Notes: generated by a model from the sequence alone, not told the origin. Positions 26,590 through 35,936 are shown, counted from the first letter of the stretch. The stretch: 64,000 nt of DNA from Sulfolobales archaeon (GCA_038844925.1 JAWBQY010000005.1:6325-70324); one strand, 5' to 3'. Numbers and translations: made by a program.

Positions 26590-26817
26590 GTGGTGGTGTG
26601 TTTGGAAACTAGTAACGAGTTAGTAATAGGTGACTTACAGAATATCTGGTTTGAATATGATAGGCAAAACGACATACTCTACATAAACTTCGGTTACGAT
26701 GTTGAAGATGCGGACGAATCCATACTTACTGAGAGTAATGTGATTGTGAGAATTAAAGCGGGTAGGGTAGTTAGCCTCACAGTCTTCGACTTCAGTAAGA
26801 GGGTTGGCTTAGAGTAG
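26590..26817 (+). CDS. DUF2283 family small protein
   Basis: The YDRQNDILYINFG...GRVVSLTVFDF pattern is present. Its stop overlaps the next start (TAGTG). Confidence 0.55.
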   Translation: MVVCLETSNELVIGDLQNIWFEYDRQNDILYINFGYDVEDADESILTESNVIVRIKAGRVVSLTVFDFSKRVGLE

Positions 26818-27365
26818 TGATAGCGTTGCTCTTAGTATTTTACGGTAAAGGTAAAGGAAAGACTACAGCTGCTTTAGGGACGTTACTCAGATTTTTAGGA
26901 TATGGTGGGAGGGCCTTAGTAATGCAGTTTATGAAGTCAGGTAATAGCGGTGAATATAGGCTTTATAGAAAGTTATCTGAGTGCGGGTTGAACGTAAAGT
27001 GGTTCTGCTTAGGGACTGACGAATTAGTAAATCCTAACGACCTAGGCAGTGAGGCCGCTTCAGTAAATATTGCTAAGGGGTTGGGATTTCTACTCTACGA
27101 ATACCCCAAACTCGTTAAGGAATTTCAGCCAAGCCTCACAGTATTTGACGAGTTAGGTTTAGCAGTACATATGGGTCTAATTCCTGCAGACCTAGCTCTA
27201 AATATCTTAAGTAGTTTTACAGGAAGCAGTGAATTACATGCGATAGTGACTGGTAGGTACGTACCTAAATACTTAAGAGATATAGCTGATTTAGTTACTA
27301 ACTGCCGTGAAGAAAAACATTACTTTAGAAAAGGCTACGTAAATCTTGAAGGTCTTGATGTCTAA
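26817..27365 (+). CDS. cob(I)yrinic acid a,c-diamide adenosyltransferase (CobA/BtuR-type)
   Basis: The P-loop YGKGKGKTTAALG is followed by MQFMK and FDELG motifs. Length is ~180 aa. Confidence 0.8.
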   Translation: MIALLLVFYGKGKGKTTAALGTLLRFLGYGGRALVMQFMKSGNSGEYRLYRKLSECGLNVKWFCLGTDELVNPNDLGSEAASVNIAKGLGFLLYEYPKLVKEFQPSLTVFDELGLAVHMGLIPADLALNILSSFTGSSELHAIVTGRYVPKYLRDIADLVTNCREEKHYFRKGYVNLEGLDV

Positions 27366-28102
27366 GACTTACCGGACTGACTCTCTAACTCATTTACTAG
27401 TTTAGATAGTTCTTCAATTCTCTCCCTAACCTTTTTAAGTATGTCTTCACTAGCTTTAATACCTTTCTTAATGAAGAATGAGAGAGCTTCAGACCTACTC
27501 CTAAACACTCCTACATTTACTAATAGGTCAATGATCTTTAAATCATGTTCTGAAACCCTAACAGACACTACTGTTGAAACATCCTTAACAATACCTTTCT
27601 CAACCTCAGCTCTAACTTCATTAAACGCCTCTGCTAAAGTCTTAGATAAGTTACTTAAAGTTGAGGTAGTAACCTTAAATATGTCGGAAAGTGGAGGGAC
27701 TAACATGGGGAGTCCGGTCCTACCACCCTTAAAATACTCCCTAGCCTCATCTAACTTCTCTAGTAGTTCATCAAACATGTAGCTAACCTCATCCTCAAAT
27801 TCCTCAACCCTCTCAATAATTAACTCCCTAGCATCCTTTGAGAGCTCCTTAGAACTCCTCCTAATCTCTCTTAACTGAGCTCTTAAATTACGAATAAGTC
27901 CTCTAATTTCCTTCCTCAACTTTAGAATAGAGGCGTTAAATGCTAGCACGTCTCCCTTAACCTTAGCTTCATTAATAACGTTCTCCAACTCATTACTTAT
28001 TCTTTTAAACTCGCTTTCAGCATATCTTACTAACTCATCTAACTTCCTACTAATCTCATCTAAACTCATATTACCACCAAGTATTCTTAACAGTTTCACC
28101 AT
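27362..28102 (-). CDS. coiled-coil protein with C-terminal ribbon-helix-helix (CopG-like) DNA-binding domain
   Basis: There are about 130 aa of heptad-rich E/K/R/L sequence. The RHH pattern is VVSVRVSEHDLKIIDLLVNVGVFRSRSEALSFFIKKGI. The real start may be the ATG at 28069. Confidence 0.55.
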   Translation of the reverse strand: MVKLLRILGGNMSLDEISRKLDELVRYAESEFKRISNELENVINEAKVKGDVLAFNASILKLRKEIRGLIRNLRAQLREIRRSSKELSKDARELIIERVEEFEDEVSYMFDELLEKLDEAREYFKGGRTGLPMLVPPLSDIFKVTTSTLSNLSKTLAEAFNEVRAEVEKGIVKDVSTVVSVRVSEHDLKIIDLLVNVGVFRSRSEALSFFIKKGIKASEDILKKVRERIEELSKLVNELESQSGKS

Positions 28103-28107
28103 TTATA

Positions 28108-28141
28108 AATATTACATATAATAAATTCAATATTACATATA
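28108..28141. promoter_or_regulatory. two exact 13-bp direct repeats (AATATTACATATA) spaced 21 bp apart; candidate operator
   Basis: The copies are at 28108-28120 and 28129-28141, adjacent to the TTTATAAAT element of the RHH gene in a divergent intergenic region. Confidence 0.35.
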
Positions 28142-28206
28142 TTTGGTTAGAATAACTTAGAGAAAATACTTATACAACCCTCTAAGTATATGCTAACGGT
28201 TAATAC

Positions 28207-29223
28207 ATGATGACACCTGGGAAACTCCGCCCTGAGATCTTACGTAAATACGTATTTAGTAGGGTAGGTGTGGTTGACCCATGCGTTCTAGTAGGTCCTT
28301 CAATAGGTGAGGACGCAGCAGTAATAGATTTAGGTAATGGTAATGTATTAGTAGTTCATGTAGATCCCATATCAGGGGCTGTCGAATATTTAGGTTGGTT
28401 AGCAGTTCACATACCCTCAAATGATGTAGCTGTTTCTGGAGCGAGGCCTCGATGGCTACTACCGGTATTATACTTACCTGAAAAATCCGACATAGAATTA
28501 GTGGATAGGATTACAGAGCAGATGGACTTAGCTGCTAGAGAGATAAACGCTATGATTGTTGGAGGTCATAGTGAATTTACGCCAGGTATTAGAAGACCTC
28601 TAATATCTATGACCTCAATCGGCACGACCTCTATGGATAGATACGTCGTAAGTAGTGGTGCTAAGCCTGGAGATGTTGTATTAATGACTAAGACTGCAGG
28701 AATTGAGGGAACCGCGATCTTAGCATCCGACTTCAGTGACCTACTACTGGAGCGTGGCATTAGTAAAGAATTAATAAGTAGGGCGCGTAGTATGATTAAG
28801 AATGTTAGCGTAGTTAAGGACGCATTAATACTTTCTGAAAGTAGGTTACCTACTTCAATGCACGACCCGACGGAGGGAGGAATACTTGGAGGTGTTTTAG
28901 AAGTGGCTTACGCTTCCAACACGTCAATAGTAATTTACGAGGAGTCTATACCGATAGCTGAGGAGACTGAGGCCTTCTGCAATGCGTTAAGGTTAGACCC
29001 GTTGAAAATCCTAAGTTCAGGTACCCTCATAGCAACAATACCGGCTAACAAGATGGGGGAGGCCCTCAGCAGGTTAAGAAGTGCTGGAATAACTTCATCA
29101 GTAATTGGTGAAGTCCTCGAACGTCGCGATTACTTAGTTAAATTAATTAGAAAGGGGGGTGAAGTAATTACTTTCAACGATGTTTACGTAAGCGATGAAG
29201 TAATGAAATTATGGGAGCTATAA
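28207..29223 (+). CDS. AIR synthase-related (PurM/HypE/ThiL fold) protein
   Basis: IGEDAAVIDLG...VHVDPISG and NDVAVSGARP motifs are present. It lacks the HypE C-terminal PRIC. Confidence 0.7.
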   Translation: MMTPGKLRPEILRKYVFSRVGVVDPCVLVGPSIGEDAAVIDLGNGNVLVVHVDPISGAVEYLGWLAVHIPSNDVAVSGARPRWLLPVLYLPEKSDIELVDRITEQMDLAAREINAMIVGGHSEFTPGIRRPLISMTSIGTTSMDRYVVSSGAKPGDVVLMTKTAGIEGTAILASDFSDLLLERGISKELISRARSMIKNVSVVKDALILSESRLPTSMHDPTEGGILGGVLEVAYASNTSIVIYEESIPIAEETEAFCNALRLDPLKILSSGTLIATIPANKMGEALSRLRSAGITSSVIGEVLERRDYLVKLIRKGGEVITFNDVYVSDEVMKLWEL

Positions 29224-29334
29224 TTAGTAATACGTTAAATTAGCTCTAATCCATAAATTGCAGATACTATCGATTAATCAACGGAGTATCACATCACTGC
29301 ATGGTAGTTAAGTTTTTAAGCAGTTTCTAACCAA

Positions 29335-30618
29335 TTGTTAAGGTGGTCGTTATTAATACTACCGATACCTGAATTAGGTCAGGTAGATACCGTATTTACG
29401 ATTAGATCGTCTCAAGCTAAAATAGGCATTGGTGCATCAAAAGAACTTGGATACGACCTAAAAAAGATGAAGGTCTCGAAAACACTACTTATATGTGGTA
29501 AGAACACCTACGAAAAGACAAGTATTGTTAAAGATATTGTGAGGGTCGTTGAGTCAGAAGGTATTGAGGTAAATGTCTGGAACGGTGTTGAACCAGAACC
29601 AACCTTAGAGTCCATTGAGGAAGGAATTAAATATGCGAGTGAGTTTGAATTTGATGCTTTAATAGCTGTCGGCGGTGGGAGCTCGATAGATACTGCAAAG
29701 CTGATAAACCTCTACACAACTTACCCAACTAATAACATCTTAGACTACGTACCGCCGCCAGTAGGTAATGGTAAGCCAATCCCAGGAGGTTTAAAACCGC
29801 TTATAGCAATACCGACAACAGCTGGTAGTGGTAGTGAGACAACACCTACAGCAGTTTTCACGATCACTAAAAATGGGTTGAAATTTGGATTAACGCATGA
29901 GTACCTACTACCAGCCCTAGCTGTAGTAGACCCCCTCAACACTATCACCATGTCACAGGTAACTACTGCTTCTACAGGGTTGGACGCGTTAATGCATGCT
30001 ATTGAGGCCTATACATCTAGGCCGTATAATACTAGACCTAAACCACCTAGGAGTGATTTAAGACCTGTTTACGTCGGTTCTAACCCAGTAACTGATAGCA
30101 TTGCCGAGAAGTCAATAGAACTTATTGGGAAGTACTTAAGGAGGGCTTACCACAACGGCCAAGACCTAGAAGCTAGGTTTGGTATGTCATTAGCATCCTA
30201 CATGGCCGGCATAGCTTTAGGCAATGCGGGTACACACATATCACATGCTATATCATTAGTGTTGGGTGGGATTACAGACGCACCACACGGCATATGCGCT
30301 GCTATTACCGCTCCAGCATTATTAGAAGTATTAATTGATGTGGTTCCTGAGAAGTTAGCTAGGATTGCCCTCCTCCTAGGCTATAATGACGAGGTAAGTA
30401 TGAAGAAGTTAGCAATGAAGTCAGTTGAAGCTGTTAAAGACCTCCTTCTAGGGCTTGACTGTCCGAACGGGTTGGAAGACCTTGGGATTAAGGAGTCAGA
30501 CATCCCTCAAATAGCTGAGAAGACCTTACTAATGCGTAGACTGCTTAATCAAAGTCCCGTAGAGGTTAGTAAAAAGCTTATAGAGAGAATATTGATGAAG
30601 TCACTTAGGATATGGTAA
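29335..30618 (+). CDS. iron-containing (group III) alcohol dehydrogenase
   Basis: GGGSSIDTAK and PTTAGSGSE are present, along with His-rich metal-site segments (DALMHAIEAY, GTHISHAIS). The exact start is uncertain. Confidence 0.85.
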   Translation: MLRWSLLILPIPELGQVDTVFTIRSSQAKIGIGASKELGYDLKKMKVSKTLLICGKNTYEKTSIVKDIVRVVESEGIEVNVWNGVEPEPTLESIEEGIKYASEFEFDALIAVGGGSSIDTAKLINLYTTYPTNNILDYVPPPVGNGKPIPGGLKPLIAIPTTAGSGSETTPTAVFTITKNGLKFGLTHEYLLPALAVVDPLNTITMSQVTTASTGLDALMHAIEAYTSRPYNTRPKPPRSDLRPVYVGSNPVTDSIAEKSIELIGKYLRRAYHNGQDLEARFGMSLASYMAGIALGNAGTHISHAISLVLGGITDAPHGICAAITAPALLEVLIDVVPEKLARIALLLGYNDEVSMKKLAMKSVEAVKDLLLGLDCPNGLEDLGIKESDIPQIAEKTLLMRRLLNQSPVEVSKKLIERILMKSLRIW

Positions 30619-30670
30619 GATAGATTCAAAAATTAATTAAAATATAAACATAACCTTTTAAACCAAAGTT

Positions 30671-31429
30671 TTAGGGCCCTATGGATATACCACCATCAAT
30701 ATTTATGACTTGACCGGTTATGTAGTTAGAATCGTCGGATGCTAGGAATAGCACTAACTTAGCTACTTCTTCAGGTTTACCCAACCTACCTAAAGGTATC
30801 TTCTGGATAAATCCTCTCTTAACTTCTTCAGGCCATGGTGCAGTCATAGGAGTTTCTATAACTCCTGGTGCGACAGCATTGACTAATATGTTGTACTTAG
30901 CTAATCTTCTAGCTAAGGCCTTAGTTAAACATATGATGCCTGCTTTAGAAACCGCGTAATCTATTCCGGCAAATATACCGCCTACCTGGCCAGCAAGTGA
31001 GGCCATATTAATTATTTTACCGAAGCCCTGCTCCTTCATATACTTAACGACCTCCTTAGAGAACATTACAGCGGAAGTTAAGTTAACCTTCATAACCCTA
31101 TCCCAGCGTTCCTCAGTTATCTCATCAAGAGATGCTGATGAGAATATACCGGCATTATTCACTAAGATGTCTATCCTACCATACTTACGTATTACCTCAT
31201 CCACAGCCTTCCGTACATCCTCAACCCTAGATACGTCAGCTTTTATCGGTGTTACTTCACCATACTTACTTAACTCTTCGTACGTCTTGGCTAACTCGTC
31301 CTCAGCAATATCTATGATGACTACTTTAGCACCTTCCTTAATAAATTCTGTAGCGATGGCCTTACCTATACCTCGAGCACCACCTGTTATAATGGCGATA
31401 CGACCCTGGAGTTTCAAGGTAAACACCAC
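30671..31429 (-). CDS. SDR family oxidoreductase (FabG-like)
   Basis: ITGGARGIGKAIA, NNAG and YAVSKAG (YxxxK) are present. I trimmed the start to GTG 31429 because a TTTTATTAG element lies ~30 nt upstream; the longer ORF-track start at 31510 adds a non-homologous leader. Confidence 0.85.
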   Translation of the reverse strand: MVFTLKLQGRIAIITGGARGIGKAIATEFIKEGAKVVIIDIAEDELAKTYEELSKYGEVTPIKADVSRVEDVRKAVDEVIRKYGRIDILVNNAGIFSSASLDEITEERWDRVMKVNLTSAVMFSKEVVKYMKEQGFGKIINMASLAGQVGGIFAGIDYAVSKAGIICLTKALARRLAKYNILVNAVAPGVIETPMTAPWPEEVKRGFIQKIPLGRLGKPEEVAKLVLFLASDDSNYITGQVINIDGGISIGP

Positions 31430-31523
31430 GAAGATCGTCGTATTAGAACTAATAAAACTTCTAAGAGGTAAATTCAGAGCTGTTTGTAAAGATTTTAAAT
31501 GCCACACCAACTTGGTTCTAGGG

Positions 31524-32501
31524 ATGTGTTTGAGTTTAAGCTCGTTGAAAAAAGAATTACTCCTTGATATGTATTATAAGATGGTCTTAGTGAGAAGGTT
31601 TGAAGAGAAGGTAGTAGAGCTTTATAGGGCTGGTGAGATTCCTGGAATAGCTCATGGGTATATAGGTGAGGAAGCTGTTGCAGTAGGTGTGTGTTCAGCC
31701 CTTAGAAGGGATGACTACATATTAAGTACTCATAGAGGGCACGGTCATAGCTTAGCTAAAGGCATAGACCCTAAGTATTTAATGGCTGAACTCTACGGTA
31801 AGAAAACAGGTGTTTGTAAGGGTATAGGAGGTTCTATGCATAGCACAGAGCCGGATGTTGGTGTGATATTTTCCTCAGCAATCGTTGGTGGTAACATACC
31901 TATAGCAGTAGGTGTTGCACTAGCGTTTAAGATGCGTAAGGAGGATAGGGTTGTAGTTTCATTCTTCGGCGATGGTGCTACTAATACCGGTGCATTTCAC
32001 GAAGCACTTAACCTAGCATCTATTTGGAAGTTACCTATAATCTTCGTATGTGAGAATAACTTCTACGCAATATCAACGCATGTCAGCAAGTCTGTAGCAG
32101 CTAAGGAAATAGTTGATAGAGCCATAGCTTATAACATGCCGGGTGTTGTAGTTGACGGCAATGATGTATTAGCAGTATATGACGTTACTTTAAAAGCTGT
32201 TGAGAGGGCTAGGAGGGGGGAAGGTCCCACATTAATTGAGGCTAGAACCTATAGATGGCTCGACCATGGAATGTACTACTTAGGTAAGTACAGACCTGAT
32301 GAGGAGGTCATGATGTGGAAGCAGAGATGTCCTATAAAGCTTCTAAAGGAGAGGTTGTTAAAGGAGGGAATAGCTACTGAGTTAGAGTTAAGTAAGTTAG
32401 AGGAGAGGGTAGCACTTGAGATTGATGAGGCGGTCAGGTTTGCTAGGGAGAGTGAGGAACCCGATTTAGACTTCGTCAAGCAATTCGTATATGTGAGGTG
32501 A
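31524..32501 (+). CDS. 2-oxoacid dehydrogenase E1 component alpha subunit (TPP-dependent)
   Basis: MVLVRRFEEKV, GEEAVAVG, HRGHGH, the GDGATNTG TPP motif and CENNFYAIST are present. I set the start at ATG 31524, since the ORF-track extension runs antisense through the SDR gene. Confidence 0.9.
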   Translation: MCLSLSSLKKELLLDMYYKMVLVRRFEEKVVELYRAGEIPGIAHGYIGEEAVAVGVCSALRRDDYILSTHRGHGHSLAKGIDPKYLMAELYGKKTGVCKGIGGSMHSTEPDVGVIFSSAIVGGNIPIAVGVALAFKMRKEDRVVVSFFGDGATNTGAFHEALNLASIWKLPIIFVCENNFYAISTHVSKSVAAKEIVDRAIAYNMPGVVVDGNDVLAVYDVTLKAVERARRGEGPTLIEARTYRWLDHGMYYLGKYRPDEEVMMWKQRCPIKLLKERLLKEGIATELELSKLEERVALEIDEAVRFARESEEPDLDFVKQFVYVR

Positions 32502-32508
32502 GGGTTGG

Positions 32509-33498
32509 TTGGCTGTTCGCGAAATAACATATGCTGAGGCGATAAGAGAAGCATTAAGAGAGGAGATGTTAAGAGATGAGAGAGTCTTCCTAATGGGTGA
32601 GGATATAGGGTTAATCGGCGGTGTTTTTAAAGTTACCCAAGGGCTTTATGAGGAATTCGGACCTGAGAGAGTGAGGGACACACCCATATCGGAGACAGCT
32701 ATAGTGGGGGCTGCTATAGGGGCTGCTATAGCTGGAATGAGGCCTATCGCAGAGATAATGTATATGGACTTCCTAATGTGTGCTGGGGATCAAGTAATTA
32801 ATCACTTACCTAAGATTAGGTTTATGAGTGGGGGAAAGCTTAAAGTACCAGCCGTTATTAGAACTCAGTACGGACTCTACAGATATGCAGCAGCCCAACA
32901 CTCGCAGTTCTACCCAGCATTTCTGATGAACATCCCTGGAGTATATGTTGAAGTACCTTCAACGCCCTACGATGCTAAGGGGTTACTTAAATCAGCCATA
33001 AGGGATGAAAATCCAGACATATTCATAGAGTGTGCCGCTCTATACAGGTTGAGAGGCCCTGTACCGGATTACGAGTACACCATACCTTTAGGTCAGGCAG
33101 ACATTAAGAGGGAGGGTAAGGACGTCACAGTATTCGCTATTTCATACATGGTTCACGTAGCACTCTCAGCAGCTAAGAAATTAGAGAGTGAGGGGATAAG
33201 TGTTGAGGTTGTAGACCCCAGAACCCTTAACCCCTTTGATAAGAAGACATTAGTAGAGTCTATTAAGAAGACCGGACGTTTAGTAGTGATTGAGGCAGAC
33301 CATAAGACAGCGGGTGTTGGTGCTGAAGTATTAGCAATAGCTATGGAGGAGGCTTACGACTATCTTAAGGCACCAGCAGTTAGGTTAGCTGCTGAGGATA
33401 TACCACCACCATTCTCACCTAAGGCGTACAACGCGTCTCTACCTAATGAAGAGAAGTTAATAAATACTATAAAGAGACTGCTTAAACATAGCAGGTAA
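32509..33498 (+). CDS. 2-oxoacid dehydrogenase E1 component beta subunit
   Basis: ITYAEAIREALREEM, GEDIG, RVRDTPISE and the C-terminal transketolase-like domain (VVDPRTLNPFD) are present. Confidence 0.9.
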   Translation: MAVREITYAEAIREALREEMLRDERVFLMGEDIGLIGGVFKVTQGLYEEFGPERVRDTPISETAIVGAAIGAAIAGMRPIAEIMYMDFLMCAGDQVINHLPKIRFMSGGKLKVPAVIRTQYGLYRYAAAQHSQFYPAFLMNIPGVYVEVPSTPYDAKGLLKSAIRDENPDIFIECAALYRLRGPVPDYEYTIPLGQADIKREGKDVTVFAISYMVHVALSAAKKLESEGISVEVVDPRTLNPFDKKTLVESIKKTGRLVVIEADHKTAGVGAEVLAIAMEEAYDYLKAPAVRLAAEDIPPPFSPKAYNASLPNEEKLINTIKRLLKHSR

Positions 33499-33523
33499 TC
33501 ACTATAAAAAGTAGATCCCTATA

Positions 33524-33772
33524 ATGGTAGTGGGTGTGAACTTGGTTGAAGTAATAATGCCTAGAATGGACCCTGAAATGAGGGAGGGGAGGATAGTTGA
33601 ATGGTTGAAGAATGAGGGGGATTTTGTTAGGGAAGGAGAAGTAATTGCGAGAATTGAAGCTGAGAAAGTAGTCTTTGACTTAGAAGCACCTAAGTCAGGA
33701 GTGATTAAGAAATTACTTGCGAATGTAGGTGATGTCATCCCAGTCGGGAAGGCTATAGCTATAATTGAATAG
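33524..33772 (+). CDS. free-standing lipoyl-domain protein (E2 N-terminal domain only)
   Basis: MPRMDPEMREGRIVEWLKNEGDFVREGEVIARIEAEKVVFDLEAPKSGVI is a lipoyl-attachment fold with the lysine in EAEKV. The ORF stops right after the domain. Confidence 0.8.
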   Translation: MVVGVNLVEVIMPRMDPEMREGRIVEWLKNEGDFVREGEVIARIEAEKVVFDLEAPKSGVIKKLLANVGDVIPVGKAIAIIE

Positions 33773-33794
33773 GTAGGTTATGAGGAGTTAATTA

Positions 33795-34508
33795 ATGAAA
33801 GTAATTAAGACTTTATCGCTTAGATCGTGGCCTAGGGCAACGATAGCAGAGAGACTCTCAAAAAGTTATAGGGAGGGGGTCCACGTAACACTTCACGGCG
33901 AGTACGACGTAGGCCGCTTAAAAGAGTTGAAGGAGAGGTTAGAGCCCGTGATTATGGAGAAGTATAACACACGTCTAACTTATACCTCATTACTGGTAAA
34001 AATAGTTTCACACGTCATTAACAATCATCAAATATTTAACTCAATCATAGATGGTGATGAGGTTAAGGTTATAGAGGATGTAAACATATGCGTAGCTGTT
34101 CAGAGCAGTAAGTTAGGCTTAGTTACACCGGTAATTAAGAACGCCAACCTAAAGAAGTTAGGTGAGATCGCATTACAGCTTAACGAATTGGTAAGTAGGG
34201 CTCGAGAGGGGAAGTTAAGCATTAAGGACCTCATGGAGGGTACTTTCACAATATCTAATGTAGGTGTCTTAGGTTCTGTAGACGCGTTCACTCAGATAAT
34301 CAACCCGCCACAGGTAGCTATCCTCGGAGTAGGTAGGATAGTAGATAAACCAGTAGTTATTAATAATGAGATAAGGATCAGACCTACATGTACTTTCAGC
34401 CTCACATTCGACCATAGAGTAATTGACGGCTACCATGGTGCGGAATTTCTAGCTACTTTAAAAGAATTTCTTGAAAAACCTGAGATGGTGATTAAAGAAG
34501 ACGTCTAA
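33795..34508 (+). CDS. 2-oxoacid dehydrogenase E2 acyltransferase catalytic domain (no lipoyl or subunit-binding domain)
   Basis: FTISNVGVLG and the catalytic DHRVIDG are present. The N-terminus starts directly at the catalytic-core region, and an in-frame TAA sits 2 codons upstream of the ATG. Confidence 0.85.
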   Translation: MKVIKTLSLRSWPRATIAERLSKSYREGVHVTLHGEYDVGRLKELKERLEPVIMEKYNTRLTYTSLLVKIVSHVINNHQIFNSIIDGDEVKVIEDVNICVAVQSSKLGLVTPVIKNANLKKLGEIALQLNELVSRAREGKLSIKDLMEGTFTISNVGVLGSVDAFTQIINPPQVAILGVGRIVDKPVVINNEIRIRPTCTFSLTFDHRVIDGYHGAEFLATLKEFLEKPEMVIKEDV

Positions 34509-34546
34509 GTTGGAGAGTGCCTTAGAATTATTTAGAGGGGGTACCT

Positions 34547-35899
34547 ATTAAGGTAGTTGTAATTGGTTCAGGACCTGCCGGCTACGTAGCAGCTATAAGG
34601 GCTGCGCAATTAGGTGGTGAGGTTACTGTCGTAGAGAAAGACTCTATCGGCGGTGTTTGCGTTAATAGGGGTTGCATACCGACTAAAGCTCTTTCCTCTA
34701 TAACGTCTACTATAAAGAAGTTAAGACAGCTTAAGAAGAAGGGCATATTAAATGAGGATTTAAGCATTAATGTTGAGAAGGTCTTCGCTAACAGAGACGT
34801 CATTGTGGGTAGGTTGACAAAAGGTGTTGAGTACTTGCTGAGAAAGTCTAACGTACAGTTAGTACGTGGAGAGGCAAGAATAGTTAGCAAGGAATTCGTC
34901 GATGTTGGGGGAGTTAAGCTCCGATATGATAAACTAATAATAGCTACTGGGTCCCTACCTGCGCAGCTGAAGATACCTGGGATAGAGTACGTTAATGCCG
35001 TAAGCGGTGACAACTTTATCACCATGAATGAAGTCCCTCAGAGACTTCTAATAGTTGGAGGTGGTCCTATCGGAGTGGAGTTAGCACAGATCTACCGTAC
35101 CTTAGGAAGTGATGTAAGTGTCGTTGAAATCATGCCACACATACTGCCGAACTTAGATAGTGAGGTAGCACTAACATTGCAGAAAATACTCTCTAGGGAG
35201 GGGGTCCGAATATACACTAATACTTCTGTTCATAGATTTGAGAAGACTTCAGATGGTGTTGAGGCATATCTCTCCAATAACGTTAGGCTAGCCGCTGATA
35301 CGGTAGTCCTAGCAGTCGGTAGGAGGCCGAACACTGTTAATTTAGGGGTTGAGGTACTAGGAGTTGAGTTGGGTAAGAGGGGGGAAATACTGACCAATGA
35401 TTGTATGATGACTAACGTACCCAACGTATACGCAGCTGGCGATGTCGTTGGTAGAAACTTCCTAGCATATACAGCTTTTGAGGAGGGGGTGGTAGCTGCT
35501 GAGAATGCTTTAGGACTTAATTCGAAGGTTAACTACTCAGCAATCCCGATAGCGATATTTACAGATCCAGAAGTTGCGAGCGTTGGGATGAGTGAGGATG
35601 AGGCTAGGAAATTGGGTGACGTACTCGTAGGTAAGTTCCCACTAGTAGCTAATGGTAGAGCGCTTACTTTAGACTCCTATGAGGGCTTCATCAAAATCGT
35701 AGCTAATAAGAAGGGGAAGCTCCTAGGAATGCACATGGTAGGACCTGAAGCCTCAGAACTAATCCACATAGCATCATTAGTTTTAAGTAGGAACGGTGAT
35801 GTTGCAGAACTTTTAAACACCCTATACGTACATCCAACAATTTCTGAGGGGATTAAGGAAGCCGCACTAGCTATACTTAAAAAACCTATACACATCTAA
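34547..35899 (+). CDS. lpdA: dihydrolipoamide dehydrogenase (E3); start set at in-frame ATT (ORF track starts at GTG 34805)
   Basis: The same frame upstream of 34805 encodes KVVVIGSGPAGYVAAIRAAQLG and the redox disulfide GGVCVNRGCIPTK. The in-frame TAG is at 34523-34525. The C-terminus carries the HPTISE motif. Confidence 0.85.
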   Translation: MKVVVIGSGPAGYVAAIRAAQLGGEVTVVEKDSIGGVCVNRGCIPTKALSSITSTIKKLRQLKKKGILNEDLSINVEKVFANRDVIVGRLTKGVEYLLRKSNVQLVRGEARIVSKEFVDVGGVKLRYDKLIIATGSLPAQLKIPGIEYVNAVSGDNFITMNEVPQRLLIVGGGPIGVELAQIYRTLGSDVSVVEIMPHILPNLDSEVALTLQKILSREGVRIYTNTSVHRFEKTSDGVEAYLSNNVRLAADTVVLAVGRRPNTVNLGVEVLGVELGKRGEILTNDCMMTNVPNVYAAGDVVGRNFLAYTAFEEGVVAAENALGLNSKVNYSAIPIAIFTDPEVASVGMSEDEARKLGDVLVGKFPLVANGRALTLDSYEGFIKIVANKKGKLLGMHMVGPEASELIHIASLVLSRNGDVAELLNTLYVHPTISEGIKEAALAILKKPIHI

Positions 35900-35936
35900 C
35901 TTTTTAACATCCCTACGAAGAATATCATGGTAAGCA

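Noticed and set aside
29320-29400. A fourth non-canonical (ATA) start at the first Fe-ADH gene
   Set aside because: An in-frame TTG at 29335 is available, and the extra ~20 residues cannot be judged without alignments. The case is ambiguous, so it was not counted.
31167-31523. N-terminal 119-codon extension of the E1-alpha ORF in the ORF track
   Set aside because: The extension runs antisense through the SDR gene, is S/T/A-rich and has no homology-like features. ATG 31524 follows a TATA-like ATTTTAAAT and gives a family-typical N-terminus.
34582-35025. 147-aa minus-strand ORF
   Set aside because: It is antisense to the conserved FAD-binding N-terminus of lpd.
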